The notes beneath the pieces were generated by a model. The model had not been told where the DNA came from, did not search any database, and saw only the letters and a program-made list of their open reading frames with translations. The position numbers and the translations under genes are program-made. A stretch of DNA of 64,000 nucleotides, from NCBI GenBank assembly GCA_046733475.1, contig JBKPPF010000018.1, positions 4,138-68,137 of the forward strand. Direction: 5' to 3'. How positions within the stretch are numbered: the stretch's first letter is position 1; every line of letters starts with the position of its first letter. The DNA is from Actinomycetota bacterium. GTDB lineage: Bacteria > Actinomycetota > Thermoleophilia > Gaiellales > Gaiellaceae. Below are positions 36,825 through 45,065 of this stretch, one piece after another.

Positions 36825-36968
36825 GGGATTTCTCTAAAGGCCCGTTGCCGTGGCCAACGTTCTCGCCCAGGCGGCCTCAAGGAGCCTTTCGACTGCACCG
36901 CGGCGACCACGGCCGACCTTTCGGTCGCGTCGCCCCGCAGATCGGCGGATAACGACACGACGAAGTCG

Positions 36969-36996
36969 AGCGGGCCGGCCTCATGGCCGGCCCGCT
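36969..36996 (+). terminator. strong GC hairpin followed by TCCTTTC, 20 nt upstream of the lipid-kinase start
   Basis: AGCGGGCCGGCC-tcat-GGCCGGCCCGCT. It lies at the 3' end of an unassigned 190-nt region. Confidence 0.45.
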
Positions 36997-37015
36997 TCCT
37001 TTCTAGAGTGCGGCG

Positions 37016-37909
37016 GTGCCTTCCGCCGTGCTGATCGTCAATCCGAACGCTTCCGGGGTGACGCCCGACCTCACCGTGGCGGTCGAGGAGGCTCTCCAGG
37101 GAGCCGGGGACCTCCGGACGATTCTCACCGAGCGGCCGCTCCACGCGGCAGAGATCGCCGAGTCTGTGAGCCGTGGCGACGCGGAGCGCATCTATGTCTT
37201 CTCGGGAGACGGCGGCTACAACGAAGTCGTGAACGGACTCGAGGCCGACCTGCCTGTCGGATTCATCCCCGGAGGCTCGACGAGCGTCTTCCCGCGCGCT
37301 CTCGGCCTCCCGCGCGACCCGGTCGCCGCGGCTCGTGCGCTGGCGTCCTCGCCCCTCGAGCGGCGCATCTCGCTGGGCCGCGTGAACGGCAGGCGCTTCA
37401 CCTTCAGCGGCGGCTTCGGGATCGACGCAGAGCTCGTGCGCCGCGTCAACGCGCTCGGACGAGCGAGCGGTAAGCGAGCGAACGACCTCGCCTTCGCCCG
37501 CGCGCTCGCGGGGATTTTCGCCGACAGTCGTGCGCGCTTCGTGCCGGCCATGGAGGTGGAGGGGCTCGGCCGCGTCGCCTTCGCGCTCGTTGCCAACGGC
37601 CATCCGTACAGCTATGTCGGCCGGATCCCGCTCCGCATCGCGCCGAAGGCGAAGTTCGAGCTCGGGCTCGATCTCGTCGCCCCGCGTGAGCTCAAGGCAA
37701 GGCGACTGCCCCAGGTCGCCGCCTGGGCGCTCGCCGGGAAGGGGCAGCAGCGTTCCCCGCACGTCCTCTATGTGCACGACGCGGACGAGCTCGTCGTCCG
37801 CGCGGACCGGCCGATGCCGCTCCAGGTGGACGGCGAAGACCTCGGCGACGTCGAGGAGGCGCACTTCGAGGCGGAGCGCTCGGCGCTCCGGGTGCTCGTG
37901 CCGGAATAA
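37016..37909 (+). CDS. diacylglycerol-kinase-family lipid kinase (YegS/DagK-like)
   Basis: VLIVNPNASG ... FSGDGGYNEVVNG ... IPGGSTSVF. Confidence 0.82.
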   Translation: MPSAVLIVNPNASGVTPDLTVAVEEALQGAGDLRTILTERPLHAAEIAESVSRGDAERIYVFSGDGGYNEVVNGLEADLPVGFIPGGSTSVFPRALGLPRDPVAAARALASSPLERRISLGRVNGRRFTFSGGFGIDAELVRRVNALGRASGKRANDLAFARALAGIFADSRARFVPAMEVEGLGRVAFALVANGHPYSYVGRIPLRIAPKAKFELGLDLVAPRELKARRLPQVAAWALAGKGQQRSPHVLYVHDADELVVRADRPMPLQVDGEDLGDVEEAHFEAERSALRVLVPE

Positions 37910-37916
37910 TCCCGGC

Positions 37917-38930
37917 ATGGCCCAGGTGGTTCCCGCCGAAGGGGACATGCGGAGGGTGATCGGGGACGGGGAAGCTCAGCCGGACGGAGAGGTCGACGGC
38001 CTCACCGATCAGGATTTGCTCGAGCTCTACCGTGCGATGGTGCTGCTGCGGACCTACGACGAGCGCTCAGTCGTCTACCACCGCCAGGGGCGCATCGGGA
38101 CCTACGCGATCTTCTGGGGGCACGAGGGGATGCAGGCGGGCTCGTTCCACGCGCTCGACCGCGGGGACTGGATCTTCCCGTCGTACCGCGAGTCTGCGAT
38201 CGGCCTCCTCCGAGGCATGCCGCCGGAGAAGGTGCTCGCCTGGTGGCGGGGCCATCCCGCAGGCTGGTGGGATCCTCGGAAGTACGGCGTCGCCTCGATC
38301 GCCGTGCCAATCGCGACCCACGTGCCGCACGCAGTCGGCTTCGCCTGGGGGAAGAGGCTTCGCGGCGAGCCCGCCTGCGCGATCGCGTACTTCGGCGACG
38401 GGGCCACCTCGGAAGGCGCCTTCCACGAGGGGGCGAACTTCGCCGCCGTGATGCGGGCGCCGGTGGTTCTCTTCTGCAACAACAACGGCTGGGCGATCTC
38501 GACGCCGGTCGAGGCCCAGACGCGCGCGGCGAGCCTTGCCGACAAGGCGGCCGGGTACGGGATGCCGGGCGTACGGGTGGACGGCGGCGACGTGCTGGCC
38601 GTCTTCGAGGCGACGCGCGAGGGGATCAATCGCGCGCGGGCAGGAGAGGGACCGACCTTCATCGAGGCCGTCACCTACCGCTGCGCGCCGCACGCGACCG
38701 CCGACGATCCGAGCGCCTACATCGATCCGGAGCGTGTCGAGGCCGAGCGCGCCAACGAATGCGTCGGCCGCTACGAGCGCTACCTCCGTCGGCTGGGGCT
38801 CCTCGGCGACGACCTCGTCGAGTCGACAGCCGCCGACGCGAAAGAGGCAATGCGGGCCGGAATCGCCGCCGCGGAGGCGCTGCCCGAGCCCGACCCCGAC
38901 CTGGTGACGAGGAACGCCTATGCCGAATAG
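37917..38930 (+). CDS. 2-oxoacid dehydrogenase E1 alpha subunit, copy 2
   Basis: TPP motif YFGDGATSEGAFHEGANFAAVMRAPVVLFCNNNGWAIS. Start at MAQVVP. Confidence 0.88.
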   Translation: MAQVVPAEGDMRRVIGDGEAQPDGEVDGLTDQDLLELYRAMVLLRTYDERSVVYHRQGRIGTYAIFWGHEGMQAGSFHALDRGDWIFPSYRESAIGLLRGMPPEKVLAWWRGHPAGWWDPRKYGVASIAVPIATHVPHAVGFAWGKRLRGEPACAIAYFGDGATSEGAFHEGANFAAVMRAPVVLFCNNNGWAISTPVEAQTRAASLADKAAGYGMPGVRVDGGDVLAVFEATREGINRARAGEGPTFIEAVTYRCAPHATADDPSAYIDPERVEAERANECVGRYERYLRRLGLLGDDLVESTAADAKEAMRAGIAAAEALPEPDPDLVTRNAYAE

Positions 38931-39888
38931 GACCCTGGTCGAGGCGGTGAACGACGCGCTTCACGTCGAGATGGACCGCGACGGGAGCGTCATGGTCATG
39001 GGCGAGGACGTCGGCCGCGCAGGCGGAGTCTTCCGGGCGACCGCCGGCCTGCTCGACCGTTTCGGCCCTGACCGCTGCGTCGACACGCCGCTCGCGGAGG
39101 CCGGGATTCTCGGGACGGCCGTCGGCCTCGCAATGGCCGGCTGGCGACCGGTCTGCGAGATGCAGTACGAGTCCTTCAGCTACCCGTGCCTCGACCAGCT
39201 CATCTGCCACGTCGGCCGCTACCGCTGGCGGACGAACGGGGCGATGGATTTCCCGATCACCATCCGCATGCCGACGGGCGGCGGCGTCAAGGCGCCAGAG
39301 CTCCACGAGGACTCGCCGGAGACCTACTACGTGCACACCCCGGGGATCAAGGTCGCAATCCCGTCGACGCCCTCCGACGCGAAGGGCCTGCTGGCGGCGG
39401 CGATCCGCTCGCCGGACCCGGTCGTCCTCATGGAGCCGAAGGTGCTCTACCGCAGCCCGCGCGAGGACGTGCCCGAGGGCGAGCACATCGTGCCGCTCGG
39501 CAAGGCGCGCATCGCGCGCGAGGGCGACGACGTCACGCTCATCGCCTACGGCGGCATGGTCGCGGTCGCAGAGCAGGCGGCGGACGAGCTCGAGGCGAGC
39601 GCGGAGGTGGTCGACGTCCGCACGCTCAAGCCGCTCGACGAGGAGACGCTCCTCGCCTCGGTGGCCAAGACGGGGCGGGCGGTGATCGTGCAGGAGGCGC
39701 CGCGCGTCGCCGGCTTCGGCGCCGAGATCGCAGCGCTGTTCGCGGAGAAGGCGATCCTCGACCTGCGTGGCCCCGTCCTTCGGGTGACGGGCTATGACGT
39801 CCCTTTCCCCTTCTGGTCGATCGAGGACGAGCACATTCCTTCGCCGGCGCGCGTCGTCGAGGCCGTTCAGCAGGTCCTGAGCTTCTAA
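38920..39888 (+). CDS. 2-oxoacid dehydrogenase E1 beta subunit, copy 2
   Basis: MGEDVGRAGGVFRAT, VDTPLAE. Overlaps the alpha gene by 11 nt. Confidence 0.88.
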   Translation: MPNRTLVEAVNDALHVEMDRDGSVMVMGEDVGRAGGVFRATAGLLDRFGPDRCVDTPLAEAGILGTAVGLAMAGWRPVCEMQYESFSYPCLDQLICHVGRYRWRTNGAMDFPITIRMPTGGGVKAPELHEDSPETYYVHTPGIKVAIPSTPSDAKGLLAAAIRSPDPVVLMEPKVLYRSPREDVPEGEHIVPLGKARIAREGDDVTLIAYGGMVAVAEQAADELEASAEVVDVRTLKPLDEETLLASVAKTGRAVIVQEAPRVAGFGAEIAALFAEKAILDLRGPVLRVTGYDVPFPFWSIEDEHIPSPARVVEAVQQVLSF

Positions 39889-40055
39889 AGTGACCCGCCC
39901 CGCGACATCCTGCGGCCTTCTGAGCGGCTGCGATGCATCGCCGCGCGGCGTCCTCAGTCGCCCACGTGTCTCTTCCGATACGCGGGCTCCCTGCGTCCTT
40001 GCCTGGCTCGCTTTTCGCGCGCCAGAAGCCCGGTAATGTCACCGGACTGATCACT

Positions 40056-41093
40056 ATGGCCTACGAGTTCAAGCTTCCCGACCTGGGCGAGGGCGTGCGC
40101 GAGGGCGAGATCGCGCGCTGGCTCGTCGAGGTCGGGCAGGAGATTGCCGAGGACGAGCCGCTCGTCGAGATCCAGACCGACAAGACGACGGTCGAAATTC
40201 CTTCGCCTGCCGCGGGCAAGGTCGCGCAGATCCTCGTCGGCGAGGGCGAGCTGGTCCCCGTCGGCACGCCTTTGGTCTTGATCGGTTCGGACGGCGAGGC
40301 ACCCGCGCCTGCGCCAGAGAAGGTGCAGGCGACCCCGCTTGTCAGGCGGATCGCGGAGGAGCTCGAAGTCGATCTGAGCACGGTTAGGGGCACTGGCCCT
40401 GGAGGGCGCATCACCGAGGACGATGTGCGCGGCATGGCAGGTCCGGCCGAAGGAGAGCGGCGCGAGCCGCTGCGGGGCATCCGGCGCCAGATCGCCGAGC
40501 ACCTGACGCGCTCGCACCGCGAGGTGCCCTCGGTCACGGTCGTCGAGGAGTGCGACTTCACTGCGCTTTCGCAGTCCCGCGGCGAGCGCTCCTACCTGCC
40601 CTACGTGCTCGCGGCGGCCATCGAGGGGCTGAAGGCCTACCCCGAGCTGAACGCGACGCTGGCCGGGAACGAGATCGTGTACTGGGAGCGCTACGACATC
40701 GGGCTCGCGGTGCAGACCGATGAGGGCCTCGTGGTCCCGGTCCTGCGCGCCGCCGACGAGAAGTCCCTCGACGAGCTCGGAGCCGAATCAGCGCGCCTGG
40801 CCGAGGGCGCCCGCACGGGGAAACTGCCTGCGGAGGAGCTTCGCGGCTCCACGTTCACGGTCACGAGCGCCGGCCGGCTCGGCGGGCTCTTCGCGACGCC
40901 GCTCGTCAACCATCCGGAAGTCGCGATTCTCGGCCTTCACCGCATCGGCCCCCGTGCCGCCGTCGTGGACGGACAGGTGGTGCCCCGGGAGGTCGGCTGG
41001 CTGTCCTGCACCTTCGATCATCGTGTGGTCGACGGCGCGCGGGCGAGCGAGTTCCTCCTGGCGGTCATCGAGCGCCTGCAGTCGCCGAGCTGA
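40056..41093 (+). CDS. 2-oxoacid dehydrogenase E2 (single lipoyl domain), copy 2
   Basis: MAYEFKLPDLGEG...EIQTDKTTVEIPSP, subunit-binding domain ATPLVRRIAEELEVD, catalytic DHRVVDGA. Confidence 0.88.
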   Translation: MAYEFKLPDLGEGVREGEIARWLVEVGQEIAEDEPLVEIQTDKTTVEIPSPAAGKVAQILVGEGELVPVGTPLVLIGSDGEAPAPAPEKVQATPLVRRIAEELEVDLSTVRGTGPGGRITEDDVRGMAGPAEGERREPLRGIRRQIAEHLTRSHREVPSVTVVEECDFTALSQSRGERSYLPYVLAAAIEGLKAYPELNATLAGNEIVYWERYDIGLAVQTDEGLVVPVLRAADEKSLDELGAESARLAEGARTGKLPAEELRGSTFTVTSAGRLGGLFATPLVNHPEVAILGLHRIGPRAAVVDGQVVPREVGWLSCTFDHRVVDGARASEFLLAVIERLQSPS

Positions 41094-41191
41094 GCCCAGC
41101 GCGTGATCAGGAGAGATCGCGCTCCGGGCTCGGAAAAGGGCCGATGGGCGGCGGGGAGAGGGAGGGGCGTGACCCGCCGCCCTAGGGCCCG

Positions 41192-41509
41192 CTAGGCGAC
41201 TGCGGGTTCGGCCTCCAGCGGGTCGAGGTAAGGGGCCAGCATGCGCTCGATCTGGGGGGCGCTCACCCGTCCTTCCAAGCGCTCGACTGGCCGCCGATCC
41301 TTCAAGAGAACGAGCGTCGGGACCTGGGTGACGCTGAGCCGGTCGGCCCATTCGGGCGATGTGGCGACGTCGATTCGAGAGATCCGCAGGCGCTCTCGCT
41401 CCTTGCGGGCGAGATGGGCGAGAAGGCTCTCCATCCGCCGTGCGGGGCCGGACGTCTCCTGGGTGAAAAAGAGCAACTGGGGGGTCGGGGTGGTGTGAGG
41501 CAAGCGCAC
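41192..41509 (-). CDS. thioredoxin-fold protein lacking the CxxC motif
   Basis: LLFFTQETSGPARRM sits where thioredoxins have WCGPC. The downstream IDVATSPEWADRLSVTQVPTLVLLKDRRPV follows the Trx/KaiB-like pattern. Confidence 0.6.
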   Translation of the reverse strand: MRLPHTTPTPQLLFFTQETSGPARRMESLLAHLARKERERLRISRIDVATSPEWADRLSVTQVPTLVLLKDRRPVERLEGRVSAPQIERMLAPYLDPLEAEPAVA

Positions 41510-41660
41510 TCCGGTTCTTGGTGCTGGAAGGATTTCCCTCCCCGCGAGCAGGAGAAACCCCGGAGTTGGGTATCGCGCGGGGTATTACGCCGGCGGTGTG
41601 GTTCCGAAGGCGCCGGCGGATCGCGAGGGACGCCAAACGGGGCTGGCTAGACTGGGTGCG

Positions 41661-42047
41661 ATGGAGCTCTTCGACTGGTACTGGCTGGGCGTGAGCGCCG
41701 GCCTCGGCGTCGCGGCCGGCACGGCAGCGGCCTGGATCCAGTCCGCCGGCCCACGTGTCCTCGGCGCGATCGCGTTCGCGATCGCCGCCCTGGTCGGCAT
41801 CTTCGTCGCCTTCTTCGTCGCCGCATGGGGCCCGGCGGTGTGGGCGGGGGCGGCGACGGTCGCCTGGATCGCGTTGCGGCGGCTTGTCCGCGCCGCGTTC
41901 CCGGCCGCGTTTCTCGCGCTCGCGTTGCTCGCGTTCATCCCGTTGGTCGGCTACCTCGAGGCCGTGACTACCCCGCTCGTGGGCGGGCGGCTCCGGCGCC
42001 GCGCGGGCGAGAAGTACGCGGGTCTGCGGGTTCTGGCGAAGGACTAG
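41661..42047 (+). CDS. hypothetical membrane protein
   Basis: MELFDWYWLGVSAGLGVAAG... with four hydrophobic helices. An earlier ATG at 41598 is possible. Confidence 0.5.
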   Translation: MELFDWYWLGVSAGLGVAAGTAAAWIQSAGPRVLGAIAFAIAALVGIFVAFFVAAWGPAVWAGAATVAWIALRRLVRAAFPAAFLALALLAFIPLVGYLEAVTTPLVGGRLRRRAGEKYAGLRVLAKD

Positions 42048-42051
42048 CGCC

Positions 42052-43476
42052 GTGAAGAAGCTCGTCCTCGCCGTCATCGACGGCCTCACCCCCGCCATGC
42101 TGGAACGGGCGCTCGGGGAGGGCCGGCTGCCGGCTCTCTCGTTCCTGCGAGAAGCCGGTTCCTACGTCAGGGGCACGACGACCTTCCCTTCGGTCACCCC
42201 GGTCTGCCTGACGTCGATCGCCACGGGAGCCCACCCCGACACGCATCACATCCCGCATCTCGTCTGGTACCACCGGCTGGAGCGCCGCGTGGTCGAGTAC
42301 GGCTCCTCGTTCTCGGCGGTACGCGCGGCCGGAGCTCGGCGGTCCCTCCGCGACTCGGTCTTCGCGATGACCCAGGAGCACGTCTCGCCCCCGGCGCTGA
42401 CGGCCTTCGAGGCCCTCGACGACGCTGGGCTCGAAACGGCGGCGATCAACTTCACCTGCTACCGCGGCCGTACGCGGCATCCGATCAAGCTCCCTCTTCC
42501 CTCCGGGCGCAACCGCTGGTACGAGGCTGCGTACGGCCCGCGCCGGTTCTTCTTCTTCAACCTCTTCGAGTCGGACGTGACCGGCGCCCCACTGGCGATT
42601 CGCTCGAGGCCGGAGGGCTCCGTGGACGCGTACGCGGCGACGATCGGCCGCTGGCTCGTTACGCGCGACGGTTTCGACTTCCTCGTCTTCTACCTCCCGG
42701 ACTACGACTACGCGTCCCACATCTCGGGTCCGGACGCGGCGGTGCAGGCGCTCGAGCGCGCCGACGCCGCAGTGGGCGAGCTGATCGCGGCCGCCGGCGG
42801 CCACGAAGCCTTCCTCGACCGCTATGCGATCGTGGTCTGCTCCGACCACGGGCAGACGCACGTCGACCGAGTCGCCACCCTGCAGGACTCTTTCGCCGAC
42901 CTCGCCGTCTTCACCGGGAAGCGCGGGACCGTGGCGGACGGATGCGACGCTGTCGTCACCGCGTCGAACCGCTCCGGAATGGTCTACGCGTTGGACGGCC
43001 GTCCGGCGCGCGAGCTGGCCGAGCGTCTGGACCGTGCGGCCGGCGTCGATCTCGCGCTGTTCCTCGAGGACGGCGAGGCGGTCGCCCGCAAGGAGGGCAG
43101 CGAAGCCCGGTTCGCGCCCGACGAGAGCGGCGGCTGGTCTGTCTCTGGAGATGCCGGAATCCTCGTCGGGGACGACTATCCGAACGCCTACGAGCGCGTC
43201 TGGTGTGCCCTCGCGTGCCCGAACGCCGGCGAGGTGATCGTCTCGGCAGCGGCAGGATGGGAGTTCGAGGACCTCGGTGGACGGCACCATGCGGGAGGCG
43301 GAAGCCACGGCTCGCTGCTCGCCGGCGACTCGACGGTGCCAATGCTCTCGGCGGGGTTCGACGACCCGCCGCTGCCGCGGGACGCGCGCATCACGGATCT
43401 CGCTCCGCTCGCACTGTCCCATTTCGGGGTGCAGCCGCCGCCGTCAATGCGGGCGCGCGTCTCGGCCGGTGTCTGA
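42052..43476 (+). CDS. alkaline-phosphatase-superfamily nucleotide pyrophosphatase/phosphodiesterase-like protein
   Basis: VIDGLTPAML ... TTTFPSVTPVCLTSIATG ... PDYDYASH ... SDHGQT ... GSHGSL. Confidence 0.75.
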   Translation: MKKLVLAVIDGLTPAMLERALGEGRLPALSFLREAGSYVRGTTTFPSVTPVCLTSIATGAHPDTHHIPHLVWYHRLERRVVEYGSSFSAVRAAGARRSLRDSVFAMTQEHVSPPALTAFEALDDAGLETAAINFTCYRGRTRHPIKLPLPSGRNRWYEAAYGPRRFFFFNLFESDVTGAPLAIRSRPEGSVDAYAATIGRWLVTRDGFDFLVFYLPDYDYASHISGPDAAVQALERADAAVGELIAAAGGHEAFLDRYAIVVCSDHGQTHVDRVATLQDSFADLAVFTGKRGTVADGCDAVVTASNRSGMVYALDGRPARELAERLDRAAGVDLALFLEDGEAVARKEGSEARFAPDESGGWSVSGDAGILVGDDYPNAYERVWCALACPNAGEVIVSAAAGWEFEDLGGRHHAGGGSHGSLLAGDSTVPMLSAGFDDPPLPRDARITDLAPLALSHFGVQPPPSMRARVSAGV

Positions 43477-44107
43477 GCCCGCCGAGGAGCGGCAGGCCAT
43501 GGTCGACGAGCAGCTCGCCGGCCGCGGGATCACAGACGAACGCGTCCTCGAGGCGATGGGCCGCGTGCCGCGGGAGCTCTTCGTCGGAGACCGCGAACGC
43601 CGCAAGGCCTACCGCGACATGCCGCTGCGGATCGGCCACGGCCAGACGATCTCGCAGCCGTACATGGTCGCGGTCATCTGCCAGGCGGCGGAGGTGCGTG
43701 ACGGCGACAGTATCCTGGACATCGGCACCGGCTCCGGCTACCAGGCTGCCGTGCTCGCGGAGCTCGGCGCGAATGTCCACACCATCGAGCGGATCCCTGA
43801 GCTCGCGGAGCGGGCACGGACACGTCTCGCCGACGCCGGCTACGAGAACGTCGACGTGCACGTCGGGGACGGGTCGCTCGGCCTTCCGAAGCACGCGCCG
43901 TATGACGCGATCGTCGTCGCGGCGGCGGCGCCGGCCATGCCCGAGTCGCTGTACGAGCAGCTCCGCGCGCGCGGCAGGCTCGTCGTGCCCGTCGGCGGGC
44001 AGGAGGGCCAGCGCCTCGAGGTAATCGTCCGGAGCCCCGAAGGCCCGGCCGTCGCCCGCTCGGTCCCCTGCCGGTTCGTGCCGCTCGTCGGGGCCGAGGG
44101 CTTCTAG
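43469..44107 (+). CDS. pcm: protein-L-isoaspartate O-methyltransferase
   Basis: GHGQTISQPYMVA, DIGTGSGYQAAVLA. GTG 43469 chosen; ATG 43499 is the alternative. Confidence 0.88.
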   Translation: MSEPAEERQAMVDEQLAGRGITDERVLEAMGRVPRELFVGDRERRKAYRDMPLRIGHGQTISQPYMVAVICQAAEVRDGDSILDIGTGSGYQAAVLAELGANVHTIERIPELAERARTRLADAGYENVDVHVGDGSLGLPKHAPYDAIVVAAAAPAMPESLYEQLRARGRLVVPVGGQEGQRLEVIVRSPEGPAVARSVPCRFVPLVGAEGF

Positions 44108-44122
44108 TTTTCGCCCTCCACG

Positions 44123-44587
44123 GTGGGGGAATTCACCCGGGCGATGGACGGGGGTCTTTGCGCAAGCGCGGTCGAATCTCGGCCTGTTTGCTATGCCGAC
44201 ATTCGCCTCGGCGTCGTCGTGGACGTCCTTCTGGACGATGAGCTGCAGCGCGTCCTCGGCTTCGACGTCCTCTGCGGCGACCGCGCCCACCGGTACCTCC
44301 CCCTCGCGGCATGCGAGATCCTCGTGGACTCGATTGCCGTCCCGTCGGCCCTTGTCCTGATGCGGCAGGAGCTCGACTTCTACCGCCAGCGTGCGCGGGC
44401 GCTAACAGCCGTCCGCGGCTTCCCCGTGCGGCGGGGAGGCCGGGCGCTCGGGACGGTCGTCGATCTCGTCTTCGCGGCGAACGGAAAGCTGGTCGAGCTC
44501 GTCGTGGAGACCGAGGAAGGCCGGGCGGCCGCCGAGGCCGGGCCCGGGCTCGTGGTTGGGCCGGATGCCCTGCGGCCAGCCGTCTAA
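44123..44587 (+). CDS. PRC-barrel domain protein
   Basis: Two PRC-barrel-like segments: LGVVVDVLLDDELQRVLGFDV and LGTVVDLVFAANGKLVELVV. Confidence 0.6.
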   Translation: MGEFTRAMDGGLCASAVESRPVCYADIRLGVVVDVLLDDELQRVLGFDVLCGDRAHRYLPLAACEILVDSIAVPSALVLMRQELDFYRQRARALTAVRGFPVRRGGRALGTVVDLVFAANGKLVELVVETEEGRAAAEAGPGLVVGPDALRPAV

Positions 44588-45065
44588 CCTTTCTCTCTGC
44601 GTGGCCACGCAGCCGGACACTGTGACGGGACGAGCGAGTGCGATCTCGGACGCCGCCGGCGGGGCGCTTCGGCGCCGAGCCAACTGGTACCAGCTCGCCA
44701 AGTTCTGCACCGTCGGCGCGACGGGCTACGTGGTCAACCTCGCCGTCTTCGCGGCCCTCATCCACTGGGCGGGCATGCACTACATCCCTGCGGCGGTCTG
44801 TTCGTTCCTCGTCGCCGTCACGAACAACTACATGTGGAACCGGGTCTGGACCTTCCGGCACCAGCGGGGGCACATCGCCTACCAGGGCCTTCGCTTCCTG
44901 CTCGTCTCGACGATCGCCCTCGCAGGCAATCTCCTGTTCCTCGCGATCCTCGTCGGGATCGGTGTGCCGAAGATTCCCGCTCAGGCGATCGCCATCGCGC
45001 TCGTCACGCCGTGGAACTTCGTCGCGAACAAGCTCTGGAGCTTCCGACGCCAGCCGGCCGCGTAG
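44556..45065 (+). CDS. GtrA-family membrane protein
   Basis: QLAKFCTVGATGYVVNLAVF ... NNYMWNRVWTF ... FVANKLWSF. GTG 44601 is an alternative start beyond the upstream stop. Confidence 0.8.
   Translation: MGRMPCGQPSNLSLCVATQPDTVTGRASAISDAAGGALRRRANWYQLAKFCTVGATGYVVNLAVFAALIHWAGMHYIPAAVCSFLVAVTNNYMWNRVWTFRHQRGHIAYQGLRFLLVSTIALAGNLLFLAILVGIGVPKIPAQAIAIALVTPWNFVANKLWSFRRQPAA

Noticed and set aside
39889-40055. 167-nt spacer between E1beta and E2 of the second dehydrogenase set, examined for a small gene or structured RNA.
   Set aside because: The only ORF is the upstream extension of the E2 frame, which has a non-protein-like sequence. I saw no notable inverted repeats.
41146-41182. GC hairpin GGGCGGCGGG...CCCGCCGCCC between the convergent E2 gene and the Trx-like gene, considered as a terminator.
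   Set aside because: The loop is long (17 nt) and no T-tract follows on either strand. It may still act as a terminator, but the evidence is too weak to call.
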